A DNA stretch of 64,000 bases from Promethearchaeota archaeon (GTDB lineage: Archaea > Asgardarchaeota > Lokiarchaeia > Sigyniarchaeales > SOKP01): NCBI GenBank assembly GCA_016839555.1, contig JAEOUA010000012.1, positions 128,001 through 192,000 of the forward strand, given 5' to 3'. Under the pieces are notes generated by a model. The model was given only the letters and a program-made list of their open reading frames with translations, did no database searches and was not told the DNA's origin. Positions 39,769 to 50,193 of this stretch are shown here, in pieces (positions within the stretch are counted from its first letter, which is position 1; each line of letters starts with the position of its first letter). The position numbers and the translations under genes are program-made.

Positions 39769-40422
39769 ATGAATGATTTTCAAGCTTATTTAAAGCCTAC
39801 TGAATTTCTTGATTTTGATAAGAAACGAGTGAAGGAAAAAGCGTTAGATATTACAAAAAACAAACAGACTAACAAAGAAAAGGCAATAGCTCTCTTTTAT
39901 TGGGTGAGGGATCAAATAAAATATAATATGTATACGTATGTTCCCCAATATAGAAGTAATTTAAAAGCCTCTACCACCCTTCGTCGAGGATATGGATTTT
40001 GTATGTCCAAAGCTGTTTTATTATCTACTTTAGCGAGAGCTGTGGGAATTCCTGCCAAAATTCATATGGTTGATATAAAAAATCATAAAGCTCCAGATTG
40101 GGTGGAGGATTTTATGGGCTCCAAAAATTTTCATTGTCATGGATATAGTGAAATGTACTTAGATGGAAAATGGGTAAAAGCTACTCCAGTTTTTGATAAA
40201 CGGACCTGTCAAAAAGGAGGATATCCCTTAGTAGAATTTGATGGAGTTCATGATGCCATGCTGTCGAAATATGATAAGGATGGGAATTTATTTGTTGAAT
40301 ATATAGGAGATTGGGGTAGTTATCAAGATGTTCCGATTAAGAAAATTCAGGAAATATTTAAAGAAAAATATGGAACGATATTCACCGAATTAAAATTTCA
40401 AAGACCTCCGAAAAGATTCTAG
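39769..40422 (+). CDS. Transglutaminase-like protein
   Basis: FYWVRDQIKY, GFCMSKAVLLSTLARAVGIPA (catalytic Cys), HGYSEMYLDGKW. Confidence 0.88.
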   Translation: MNDFQAYLKPTEFLDFDKKRVKEKALDITKNKQTNKEKAIALFYWVRDQIKYNMYTYVPQYRSNLKASTTLRRGYGFCMSKAVLLSTLARAVGIPAKIHMVDIKNHKAPDWVEDFMGSKNFHCHGYSEMYLDGKWVKATPVFDKRTCQKGGYPLVEFDGVHDAMLSKYDKDGNLFVEYIGDWGSYQDVPIKKIQEIFKEKYGTIFTELKFQRPPKRF

Positions 40423-40821
40423 ATTAGAAGTATAAACATAAACTATTTTTAGGAGAGGAAAAAACCTAACTCTGAGATACTTTAATAATATATATAATTC
40501 TTTCTGAAATGAATCGAAATAAATCTTTAAAATTTCACTAAATATTTTTTAATTTATTTTGTAAAAAAAATATAGAGTTAGATTAATTCTTAAAAATACA
40601 ATTCTTTACTTGAAAAGGCTTATAATAAGATATGATTTTTTAGAAATTATTATTTTTATTTTGATATTCTTATATATTTTAGCATTAGTTATTCCTAATA
40701 AAAGGAAACCAAATTATTTAAAGATTAAACCTAATTTTATATTATTATGTGAATTCTTTAGTTTTTTAGAAATAATGAATACAGGATCAATTAAAAATTA
40801 AAAGCTGAAATATATTAAGAA

Positions 40822-42417
40822 ATGGAAAATGAGCAATTAGAACAAAAATCGAAAATAAACCTTGAAAAATTTAAAATAATTGCAGATCAAAGCAATAATG
40901 GAATAGCCATTGTCGATTTAAAGGGAGACATTCAATACATTAATTACTATTTTGCAGAAATTCATGGTTATTCACCTAATGAACTCGTAGGAAAAAATTT
41001 AAGTATATTTCATACAGAAGATCAAATGAAGGATGTCCGGGAAATTAACAAAAATTTGATACAAATAGGAAGTTATTCTGCGAAGGAAGTATGGCATAAG
41101 CATAAAGATGGAACACAATTCCTAATGCTTATGAACGCAATCGTAATAAAGGATGATCAAGGAAAACCAGAATATTTGGCAGCAACCGCTATTGATGTAA
41201 CGAAGCAAAAGAGAATACAAAAAAGATATAAATTTTTATTTGAATCCTCTAGAGATGCAATAATGATTTTAGAACCTCCAGAGTGGAAATTTACACGAGG
41301 TAATCCCGCAACCATAGAGATGTTTAAAGCCAAAAACGAAAAAGATTTTTGCTCACGGGCACCCTGGCAATACTCTCCTAAACTGCAACCTGATAATAAA
41401 CCCTCTAAGGAAAAAGCAATGGAAATTATTAACAAGGCTTTAAGAAAGGGTAGTCATTTTTTTGAATGGACTCATAAAAGACTTAATGGAGAGGTGTTTC
41501 CAGCAACAGTGCTCTTAAGCAAAATGGAGATAGGAGAGAGAAAATTTTTGTAAGCGACAGTTAGAGATATAACTAAACGAAAGAAAGCAGAACTGCAATT
41601 AAAACAATCCAGGGAAGAGTTAAGAGAATTAAATAATATTTTGGAACAGAAAGTAAAAGCGCGAACTAAAAAATTAGAAGAATCACAAGAAAAATTACGA
41701 CAACAAAATATTCAATTAAAAGAATTAGACAAAAAGAAAAACGATTTCATTACAATGGCGGCTCATGAATTAAAGACGCCTTTAGTTTCGATCTATGGCT
41801 ATGTGGATTATTTTCTGATGGCATACCAAGATGATTTGAATCCAGATATGAAACGAGATTTGAAAATTGTGCAAAGAAACATTGAGAGACTAAGAAATTA
41901 TATGAATCAACTTTTGGATGTGATGAAAATTGATGAGTCAAAAATGAGATTAAACAAAACTTATACGAATATAAATGAGTTAATTAAAAAATGTGTGAAA
42001 GAATTAGGATATCTTGTGAAAAAAAAGAATCATACGATCTATTTAAATTTGGAAGATAGTATCATATTAAATATTGATTCAGGACGTATATTTCAGGTTA
42101 TTTCAAATCTTTTATCGAATGCAATTAAGTTTACTGCTGAAGGCGGTCAAATTATTATCGAAATAGAAAAAAAGAATTCCCAAATAATTGTAAAAATTAA
42201 AGATAATGGAATAGGTATAAAGAAGGAAAATCTTGAAAATATTTTTGAAAAATTTGAATCATTTGATCCTAATATAGACAATTATCCAAGAGAAAGAGGT
42301 ACAGGACTTGGACTTTATATCTCTAAAGGAATTATAGAAGCACATGGTGGAGAAATAACAGCATTTTCTGAAGGTGAAGGAAAAGGCTCTACTTTTACTT
42401 TTTCTCTCCCTTTATAA
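40822..42417 (+). pseudogene. PAS-PAS sensor histidine kinase interrupted by an in-frame TAA at 41551-41553
   Basis: FL*ATVRDITKRKKAE continues in frame into AAHELKTPL, NLLSNAIKF, DNGIGI, GTGLGL. Confidence 0.85.
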
Positions 42418-42489
42418 ATCTATAATATTATTTATTATTAATTCCATTTAATTAAAAGACTTTAAAACAATAAAATTTAGATTTAATGC

Positions 42490-43398
42490 TCAAAAATAAT
42501 GTTCTGGTAAATCTAAATCTTTTAAATATATCTTATATTTTCCCAATTTACCTCCATAATTACCTGCCGATATTTTTATAAGACCATCCATATCTATAAT
42601 TCCCTTAATTACTTTTTCCATAGTTTTTTTAATAATATTAGAATCTAAAGCATTGAAAATGATTTCAGGTATGGATTTTACTCCTTTCGGAACTTTATAT
42701 ATCTCTGGAGATAATCTATCTTTAAGAGTAGGACAAAAGGGATGATTGGTAGTTGGGCCAATTTCGGGAAAATTTGTCTCAGGCTTAGAACCTGCAGAAC
42801 AAACATCAAATGTAGTACATACGTTATTGATCTGCTCTATTATTCTCACTGCTTCTCTTCCAATTATAATGCCTGAATCTATAGAATCGGTAAAGAGCCA
42901 TAAATTTCCTCCCATCACTCCTTTAGCAAATGTAATATTACGTTCAATTAAAAAATCATATCCAAACATAATAGGAACGGAAATCATTTCCCTTTCATAT
43001 TTTTGAATTATTTCCTCATATCCGTCTCCGCAATGTCCCACATTATCCATTACATCGAATTTTATATTGATATTTTTTGGATATGCATTAAAAACGGCTG
43101 TAGTTGGAACGACCAGAATTCCTTGTCGCAACCTTCTCCCGAATTGTATATATAATTTGGATTGTGCTTTTTCATTTGTACCGGTTACCCATAGTTGTAC
43201 AATCGCTCCAACTCTGCCATCCATGGTTTCACTTTCATTTAACCACTTTACGAGTCCTCCTTCAGCATCCCCAAACACAGTTGAAGGTAATGCTGTAAAA
43301 GAATTCACCGCACGCTCTAAAAATTGTCTATCTTTTGCGGTTACTTGTATTTGTACCACTAAACCTTCAAAAGCCTCGCAGAAAGTATCTTCAATCAT
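42490..43398 (-). CDS. ftr: Formylmethanofuran--tetrahydromethanopterin N-formyltransferase
   Basis: IEDTFCEAF, ETMDGRVGA, VPTTAVFN, GDGYE, GVMGGNL, TTNHPFCPTL, ISAGNYGGKLG. Confidence 0.93.
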   Translation of the reverse strand: MIEDTFCEAFEGLVVQIQVTAKDRQFLERAVNSFTALPSTVFGDAEGGLVKWLNESETMDGRVGAIVQLWVTGTNEKAQSKLYIQFGRRLRQGILVVPTTAVFNAYPKNINIKFDVMDNVGHCGDGYEEIIQKYEREMISVPIMFGYDFLIERNITFAKGVMGGNLWLFTDSIDSGIIIGREAVRIIEQINNVCTTFDVCSAGSKPETNFPEIGPTTNHPFCPTLKDRLSPEIYKVPKGVKSIPEIIFNALDSNIIKKTMEKVIKGIIDMDGLIKISAGNYGGKLGKYKIYLKDLDLPEHYF

Positions 43399-43546
43399 CT
43401 AATCACCTCCTCATTCTCCTAACAATTTACTAAATAATTTAATGAACATAAATTATTTAATAATTATTTCTTAAATTTTAATATTAAATTTCATGTATAA
43501 ATTTAAAAAAGTAATTAATAAAATAAAAATAAATAATTAGAGATTC

Positions 43547-44458
43547 ATGCCTATTGGAATTTTTCTTTATGAAATTAATTCGTCATCTACCCCCAATATT
43601 ATAATTGATTATTATCTTGGAGAAGAAAAAGTATCCTCTTCAATATTAAAACAATTATATGAAAAACATAAGAAAGGCATTATAGATGCAACCATTCAAG
43701 AAGAAGAAATTATCTTTTATTCCAGCATGGTCGAGGAAAAAAAAGATTTATTTTTAGGATTTATTTTAAAAAAAAATGAGGACTTAATTTCTCTAAAAAG
43801 TATTTTCAAAGAGATCCAAGAAAAAATTACTGAAAATTATGAATCCCTTGATAAAACTAAAATGAAAGAGTTTTTAAAAGAAACCTTAGACTCTATATCA
43901 GATTTGATGGAAAAACTCAAAAATCCAGAAATGATAAAAGAACAATTGAATAAAAGAACAAAAGAATTACTCGATGAGAATAATCTCGAAGTGGCAAAAA
44001 AATTGATTGATCTTGGAGAAACAATACCAAATGAATTATCAAAATTGGTAGAAAAAGCAGAAGAATATTTCAAAGGGGAAAAATTTCGAAAAGCAAAAAA
44101 AAAATTGTTAAAGGCAGCAGAGCGTGCTGAATTGATTCAAGAAAATCGAATCGTTACTTTTTTAAGGAATAAAGCAAATAAGGTAGGAAGTTATCCTCAA
44201 CTTCTGGAAGAGCGAGAAGATCTTCAAAAGCAAATATTAAATCATTATGATAAATTGGAAGATATTCAAGATTTATTACATGAATATAGTGAGTTAATGC
44301 CTATTATAAAACGATTAATGGAAATAGCTAATATTTTTAGCCAAAGTGAAAGATATATACTTTTATCTAATTTGCTGAATGAGATTAAGCAAGCGGTAAG
44401 ATTAGCAAAAAAATTACAAGACATTAATAAAAAACTTTTGAAAGAGGATTTATTTTAA
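43547..44458 (+). CDS. Longin/uDENN-like N-terminal domain plus helical (MIT/TPR-like) repeats
   Basis: MPIGIFLYE..FYS..LFLGFILKKNED; helical KAEEYFKGEKFRKAKKKLLKAAE; paralog of 47238-48131. Confidence 0.6.
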   Translation: MPIGIFLYEINSSSTPNIIIDYYLGEEKVSSSILKQLYEKHKKGIIDATIQEEEIIFYSSMVEEKKDLFLGFILKKNEDLISLKSIFKEIQEKITENYESLDKTKMKEFLKETLDSISDLMEKLKNPEMIKEQLNKRTKELLDENNLEVAKKLIDLGETIPNELSKLVEKAEEYFKGEKFRKAKKKLLKAAERAELIQENRIVTFLRNKANKVGSYPQLLEEREDLQKQILNHYDKLEDIQDLLHEYSELMPIIKRLMEIANIFSQSERYILLSNLLNEIKQAVRLAKKLQDINKKLLKEDLF

Positions 44459-44530
44459 ATAAGTAGATTTGAATAGCTTTTTTTAAGATTTCATTCCCTT
44501 TCTTCAAAATATTTATCACATTAAATAAAT

Positions 44531-46336
44531 TTATTCTTCCTCTTCTATTTGAGGTTCAGGTGGACTATATTCTCCGATATCTCCCCAAATTATTTTCACA
44601 ATTTCCCATGCCTCTTTTGAAGGAGTATTCAATGCACTTTCAATCAATTTCCTTCCGAGATCTTCATTAATCTCAATCTTATATAAATTTTCATTATTCT
44701 CTAAAATGCGCGAATATTTAACTCCTCCTGTTTTTTCGGGAACTATAACAATTCCCGCATCATAGATACCCGCTTCAATTCCATCATGGATTCGTTTAAC
44801 GGCATAATAGCCCGCTACACCTGCTGATCTGTTAAAGGTTTTTATTGAAGGGATCTCAATGCCCCATTTCTTTCCTTCGGTTTCCACAATCGCCGCAATG
44901 GTTTGATTCCTATCCTCTATTTTATATTTATATTCCAATTTTGTATTAAATTCTTTGCCATTCTGTTCCCCAATTTTCATTATACATTTCAAAGTTGCGC
45001 TCGCGATTGATGAAGGATTGACTTCAATTGTATATTCTTCTTCAGCCAAAATCGCATCAATTTCTTTCCTTATTTTTTCTCTCGGTGAAGAAAAATCGAT
45101 TTCCGCTTCAGGGATTTCTGGTGCTCTTGCAACTGCTTCTATATCTGGAGCCTCTTTAATTAATTCATCAACACTCATTTCTTCCAAAATTATTTTATCA
45201 ATAAATCGTTTGCATAATTTAATCGAATTTCGAGGGTTTCCTCCAGTTTTTTCATAAATAATATCCAAAATTTTTTCGTTTAACGGAAAGAGAGGATATA
45301 ATGGAGAATTGAGGTTATTTTTATCCCAGAAATCTTCCATTGTTTTAGAATAAAAGATCTTCAAATCATTTAAGCTAAAAGGTTTTAATTCTTGCGCAGG
45401 TTCCATTCTTGACCTTAATGGTGGATCCGCAATCTCTAAAATTCGTGGCCAAATTTCTTTTAATACCGCAATTACGATAACCAAACCTTTTACTTCATTA
45501 TATAACCTTTTAAGCACTTCAAGAAATTGTTTCTCTCCCTCTTCGCCGAACATACGATACGGTGATTCTATTTCATCAAAATAAAGAATAAGAACCCGAT
45601 CCAAATTTTCGGTAATTATTTTTATCATGGCAAGGCAAATGTCATCATCTTCCAGCACAGAATTAATTCCAAGCTTATCTAACTCTTGGGTATCTAGATC
45701 TTCTCCCAATAACCACCTTTCTGCAAGCGCTTTTTTATCTTTATCTAATTGATAAAGAACTAAAGCCTTTACACAATCGGCAAATACTCCGGGAAATTCT
45801 CTTAGTCCAGTCTGTATAACTTCATCAACTTTAGGTCTCTGAAAAAAAGCGGTTTTTTTACCCCCCCATTTTTTTATTAATCTTTCAGATACAATTTCTA
45901 GCATTTCTGGTCCAATTTCTTCTATTATACATGTATATACATGAAGAATTACTCGAACACTTCCTGGTGGACTAGGAACGTACACAATTGACCAATTTAC
46001 AGGTTCTAATTGACTAGATTCAACCTCTTCTCCTTGCTCTATTTTTTTTAATTTCTTACGGTTTTCTAACTCTTTATCTTTAAAACTATGATATGCGTGA
46101 GTCTTTCCACTGCCTGCAGATCCCAAAATAGGCAAGAACCTTGAACCTCTATCTCGATATGTCTGCCTCACAAGTCTGAACACTTCTCTATCGATATAAC
46201 TTCTCGGGCGTGCAACGTCAACAGGATCTCGAATGTCCCCTCTAGACACATAATTGCTAAAGGGCATCATAGGGCTTTCCCTAAGTACATCCAAATAGAG
46301 TTGTTTTTCATCCTCGTCTAACTCTAAATCTGCCAT
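44531..46336 (-). CDS. P-loop/AAA+ ATPase (BrxD/DUF2791-like core) with a C-terminal extra domain
   Basis: GSAGSGKT, LAERWLLGE, LILYFDEIE, PLRSRM, TGGNPR. Confidence 0.8.
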   Translation of the reverse strand: MADLELDEDEKQLYLDVLRESPMMPFSNYVSRGDIRDPVDVARPRSYIDREVFRLVRQTYRDRGSRFLPILGSAGSGKTHAYHSFKDKELENRKKLKKIEQGEEVESSQLEPVNWSIVYVPSPPGSVRVILHVYTCIIEEIGPEMLEIVSERLIKKWGGKKTAFFQRPKVDEVIQTGLREFPGVFADCVKALVLYQLDKDKKALAERWLLGEDLDTQELDKLGINSVLEDDDICLAMIKIITENLDRVLILYFDEIESPYRMFGEEGEKQFLEVLKRLYNEVKGLVIVIAVLKEIWPRILEIADPPLRSRMEPAQELKPFSLNDLKIFYSKTMEDFWDKNNLNSPLYPLFPLNEKILDIIYEKTGGNPRNSIKLCKRFIDKIILEEMSVDELIKEAPDIEAVARAPEIPEAEIDFSSPREKIRKEIDAILAEEEYTIEVNPSSIASATLKCIMKIGEQNGKEFNTKLEYKYKIEDRNQTIAAIVETEGKKWGIEIPSIKTFNRSAGVAGYYAVKRIHDGIEAGIYDAGIVIVPEKTGGVKYSRILENNENLYKIEINEDLGRKLIESALNTPSKEAWEIVKIIWGDIGEYSPPEPQIEEEE

Positions 46337-46354
46337 TTTTCTACGCTATCATTA

Positions 46355-46406
46355 ATTTATTGGAATAAATTTATTTTTTTTTAATTGTTTTATTTATTGG
46401 AATAAA
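46355..46406. promoter_or_regulatory. Two copies of ATTTATTGGAATAAA (TTTATT-NN-AATAAA dyad) in the divergent ATPase/hsp20 promoter
   Basis: Copies start at 46355 and 46392. Confidence 0.35.
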
Positions 46407-46484
46407 ACCTATTAGAAATGGGTTCTTTATTTATTTAATGAAATTAAATTTAATTAATTTAATTAATTTTAAAGTGATCCTATT

Positions 46485-47141
46485 ATGAAAGATAAAGATG
46501 AGAAAGAAGATAAAGAAGAGCCGAACGATGATGAAGATGATGAATTTCAAGAACCTTTTAATTTCTTTAATTTTCTTCAAAATCCCGAGAAATTATTCAA
46601 ATCGAAACAATTTAAGAATATGTTTCAGAAAGTATTTAAAAATGTTATGGAAAACATAGATAAACTACCTTCAGATCTTAAAGATCTCTCTTCAGAAGAT
46701 TTTCAAAAAGAATTAATGAAAAATATGGAAAAGCTTGGTATAAAAGGACCCTTCATGGCGGGATTTAATGTAAATTTTGACTCAGAAGGAAGACCGATCA
46801 TTAATTCATTCGGTAATATTAAGCAAAAACCCGATGGAAAAACAGAGGTTGATAAAACCAGAGAACCCTTAGTAGAGCTGAATGAGGAAGAAGATCAAAT
46901 TATAGTGATTGCAGAGATGCCGGGAGTAAGGAAAGAAGATATCGCATTAAAAGCAACCAGTCATTCTTTAACAATTTCAACCGAAGAAAAATCGTCTTTA
47001 GGTCACCACTATTATAAAGAAATAGAATTGCCCTCAGCTATCAATTCTGATTATGCGAAGGCCCGATATGCCAATGGAATTCTTGAAGTTAAATTGAAAA
47101 AAGAAAAAGCAGAAGAACAAAAAGATATAAAAATAGATTAA
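46485..47141 (+). CDS. hsp20: Archaeal small heat-shock protein Hsp20
   Basis: GPFMAGF..GRPIINSFGNIK, REPLVE, VIAEMPGVRKEDI, YYKEIELP, ARYANGILEVKL. Confidence 0.93.
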   Translation: MKDKDEKEDKEEPNDDEDDEFQEPFNFFNFLQNPEKLFKSKQFKNMFQKVFKNVMENIDKLPSDLKDLSSEDFQKELMKNMEKLGIKGPFMAGFNVNFDSEGRPIINSFGNIKQKPDGKTEVDKTREPLVELNEEEDQIIVIAEMPGVRKEDIALKATSHSLTISTEEKSSLGHHYYKEIELPSAINSDYAKARYANGILEVKLKKEKAEEQKDIKID

Positions 47142-47237
47142 TTTGATTTTTGATTCATAATTTTAATATATTAAAAAAAAGTTTGTAAGAATTAAAAGCG
47201 AAAATTAATTAATTAATAAGTATAAGTGATAATTTAA

Positions 47238-48131
47238 ATGCTAAAAGGTGGCTTTTGCATTCTCCTGCCTCTGCATTCTGATTACCAAATTCTTGGTCAA
47301 TATATTGAGGGCGGTGGTGAATTTCAAATTACAAGTAATATATTTCTACGCCTCAAGCTGGGGCTTGATCGTGATGAATTTAATTTCTTAAAAACAAATA
47401 CTTATGATATTTTTTCGTATTTTCATGAATTCACAGGCAAAAAAAAATTAAAGGCTTCTGGGCTTATTCTGGGATTATATTTAGAAGCTGAAGAAGATCC
47501 TGAAAAATTTAGATCCTCTCTAAAAGATGCTGCAAAAAGTCTGGAACAGTTAGACTTAATGAATATGGAACAAAAAGAGTTTGAGAGAGACTTAAAAAAG
47601 ACGATCCAAAATGTTGTTGAGCCCTTATCAGATATTCTCAATCCAGAAATTATGAAAAAAAAAATCATTGATAGAACAAAAGCCTTATTATCAGGAGGAA
47701 AAACTCAAAGAAGTTTAGCTCATGAATTATTGGAAAAAATTGAAGATAAAGAACATGTAAAAATCTCTAAATACTGCGAAGCAGCAGAAAAAGAGATTGA
47801 AAAGAAAAATTATAAAAAAGCAGCAAAAAAATTTCAAAAGGCAAAACAATTATCTGAAGAATTATGTGGAAAAGACTCTCGAATAACTAAAGAATTGCAA
47901 GAGAGAGTAGCGATCTCAGAGAATATACCGGAAATAATTAAGGAACGTGATGAAACTGCATCTGAAGCTAGAGAAGCCCTAAAAAATGAAAAATTTCACG
48001 AGGCATATTTATTATATCATAAAGCAAGCAAATTATCAAAAGATTTGGCTCAATTTGATAAAGAAGAGGAATATCGCATGAAATCTAAAGCTCTGAATGA
48101 ATTTGCTAAAGTCGATGAGAAATTTAAATAA
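47238..48131 (+). CDS. Longin/uDENN-like N-terminal domain plus helical (MIT/TPR-like) repeats
   Basis: LILGLYLEAEED, LNPEIMKKKIIDRTKALL, AEKEIEKKNYKKAAKKFQKA; paralog of 43547-44458. Confidence 0.6.
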   Translation: MLKGGFCILLPLHSDYQILGQYIEGGGEFQITSNIFLRLKLGLDRDEFNFLKTNTYDIFSYFHEFTGKKKLKASGLILGLYLEAEEDPEKFRSSLKDAAKSLEQLDLMNMEQKEFERDLKKTIQNVVEPLSDILNPEIMKKKIIDRTKALLSGGKTQRSLAHELLEKIEDKEHVKISKYCEAAEKEIEKKNYKKAAKKFQKAKQLSEELCGKDSRITKELQERVAISENIPEIIKERDETASEAREALKNEKFHEAYLLYHKASKLSKDLAQFDKEEEYRMKSKALNEFAKVDEKFK

Positions 48132-48255
48132 AGATAAACTATTTCTTCCAGAGTTAATATCGCTTCTTTTTATAATATTTTTTAAAAGATTTATTGGTAA
48201 GAATAAGATTTATTAATTAGTTTAATGAATATTTTCTATATAGGTCTTTTAAGAG

Positions 48256-49266
48256 ATGATTAAAATGTCAAATAAAAATTCTGAAAAACAAATTCCCCGG
48301 AATTTTTTACTGATTCAAATAGTTCTTATTATTCTTGGGATCATTGGATTCATTTTCTCAATATGGATTGATGTAATATATATAGAAATTGATTTGATAC
48401 AGATTATCTTTAACATAATTACTTATCTTGGCGATACCTTAGTTTTTATCGTTATTATTGCTGTAATATATATTGTATATGATAAACGATTTGCGAAGAA
48501 TCTTACATTGGCATTATTAACAACAGTTTACATTAATAGCTTTTTAAAGGATATTTTCCAAGACCCAAGACCTGTTCAAAATGAATTAAGAGAAATTGGC
48601 TATGGTTTCCCTTCTGGTCATTCGCAGAGTGCGGCGACCTTTTGGGGATATATCGGTTATGAATTCAAGGATACCTTAAAAGATAATATTGTACCAATAA
48701 TATTCTCTGCTCTTATCCTTATTGTAGCATTATCAAGAATTATTATTGCCGTTCACGATTTACAAGATATAAGTGGTGGGATCATTTTAGGCGTCCTTGT
48801 ATTATTAGCATTCATTTATTTAGAACCAATAGTAGCTGAGAAACTCAATTCTTATAAGTTCGTCATCAGAATTGTTATAGGTATAATCGTATCATTCGCT
48901 CTCTTTCTCTTTGGAACATTATTATTTCCAACATCAGGGGAACAATTATTAGGAGATAAAGCGGTACCCTTCTCTGATACAGGATCATATGCACTGGTTG
49001 GTGGCGTTATATTAGGTTTAACTATTGGATATGAATTAGAAAATCAATATGTGCATTATGAACCCTCTAGAATTCAGTTAAAATATAGGATCCTTAACCT
49101 TGTAATCGGCCTCGTTATTGTCTTTATATTATATTTCGGATTGGAATTTCTCAAGGATATATTTAATACTGTAATTTATAGATTTATCCGTTATGCCCTA
49201 ATAGCTTTTATCCTTGTTTTCGTTACACCTTGGATTTTTACAAAAATTAATCCTAAAAAGGAATAA
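48256..49266 (+). CDS. PAP2-family membrane phosphatase
   Basis: KDIFQDPRP, FPSGHS, SRIIIAVHDLQD. Confidence 0.9.
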   Translation: MIKMSNKNSEKQIPRNFLLIQIVLIILGIIGFIFSIWIDVIYIEIDLIQIIFNIITYLGDTLVFIVIIAVIYIVYDKRFAKNLTLALLTTVYINSFLKDIFQDPRPVQNELREIGYGFPSGHSQSAATFWGYIGYEFKDTLKDNIVPIIFSALILIVALSRIIIAVHDLQDISGGIILGVLVLLAFIYLEPIVAEKLNSYKFVIRIVIGIIVSFALFLFGTLLFPTSGEQLLGDKAVPFSDTGSYALVGGVILGLTIGYELENQYVHYEPSRIQLKYRILNLVIGLVIVFILYFGLEFLKDIFNTVIYRFIRYALIAFILVFVTPWIFTKINPKKE

Positions 49267-49401
49267 AGTTTCCAAGATTTTCCCTTTTTATTTTTTTTAA
49301 TATTTATTTTCTCTTGTTTTTTATTTTTTACCAAAATAAAGTTAAAAACAAAATCTCTATATGAAATAAATATTCGCGAAATAAATTATTTTTGAAAAGG
49401 G

Positions 49402-49584
49402 TTAATATTCCACGATGTGCGTCTCAGCATAAAATGCTAAAGAATGAGAATAGTCGATTTCTTTTAATAAAATCTTTTTAATAGTTCTTTTCTCTTCTTG
49501 AGAGATTTCTTCTGGAGGAGTAATGTCATAATCTAAATAAATTTCTTCTCGATCAGGGTGGGGTAAAACGCGCTCTAGCAACAT
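49402..49584 (-). CDS. Small hypothetical protein
   Basis: 60-aa ORF with protein-like composition in an otherwise empty gap, co-oriented with the upstream gene. Confidence 0.4.
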   Translation of the reverse strand: MLLERVLPHPDREEIYLDYDITPPEEISQEEKRTIKKILLKEIDYSHSLAFYAETHIVEY

Positions 49585-49674
49585 TGTCTTTTCCTCTTAC
49601 GAAAGATATTATATAATACTATTAAAGGTTTTTCCTTTTTTTCAATTTATTAAGAGGAAAAAGCATCTCTTACA

Positions 49675-50130
49675 TTAAAATAATTCTAATAATGCGTTAA
49701 TATGTTTATTATCTTGAGAATCCTTTACATATTCTAGAATTCTCTTTGCCAATTCTTTTTTCTTTTTAAAATAAAGTTTCATTATTTCTTGTAGTTCTAA
49801 ATTGGGATATCTTCTCTTTAATGAAAGATCACGCCTTTCACACCCTCCACTTCTCATACAACAATAAGCCATTGATCCAAAACAGACTTTATCAGAATCC
49901 CATCTATTTTCTTTAGAAAATTCTTCTTTTATTTTTATGAAATCCTCTTGAGAGAGTCCTAATTCTGCTAATGTTTGGTCTCTTTTACATTTAAACCCGA
50001 ATGTCAGACTATAACCCGGTTTACAGCAAAATGTTAATGCTCTATAATCTCCCCCCATACAGATGGGAACGGGTGCATTTTTCTCCCAGCCGGGTAAATC
50101 TCGAAGTTTATCCTCTTTTAAGTTAAGTAT
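49675..50130 (-). CDS. Cys-rich methanogenesis-marker-9-like domain protein (stand-alone)
   Basis: WEKNAPVPICMGGDYRALTFCC..C..LGLSQEDFIKIKEEF..CFGSMAYCC..C.RRD; conserved N-terminus extends upstream of ATG 50058, so the start is uncertain. Confidence 0.75.
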   Translation of the reverse strand: MLNLKEDKLRDLPGWEKNAPVPICMGGDYRALTFCCKPGYSLTFGFKCKRDQTLAELGLSQEDFIKIKEEFSKENRWDSDKVCFGSMAYCCMRSGGCERRDLSLKRRYPNLELQEIMKLYFKKKKELAKRILEYVKDSQDNKHINALLELF

Positions 50131-50193
50131 GATTTATTTTATAATTTTCTTTCTTTGTAAGAAACGAATGAAAAATATTTTAAAATAAAGGAG

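Noticed and set aside
41551-41553. Selenocysteine or pyrrolysine recoding of the kinase stop
   Set aside because: The codon is TAA, not TGA or TAG, and the position is normally Gln-like rather than catalytic
44531-46336. Complete BREX defence system
   Set aside because: No pglZ, pglX, brxC or helicase genes in the window
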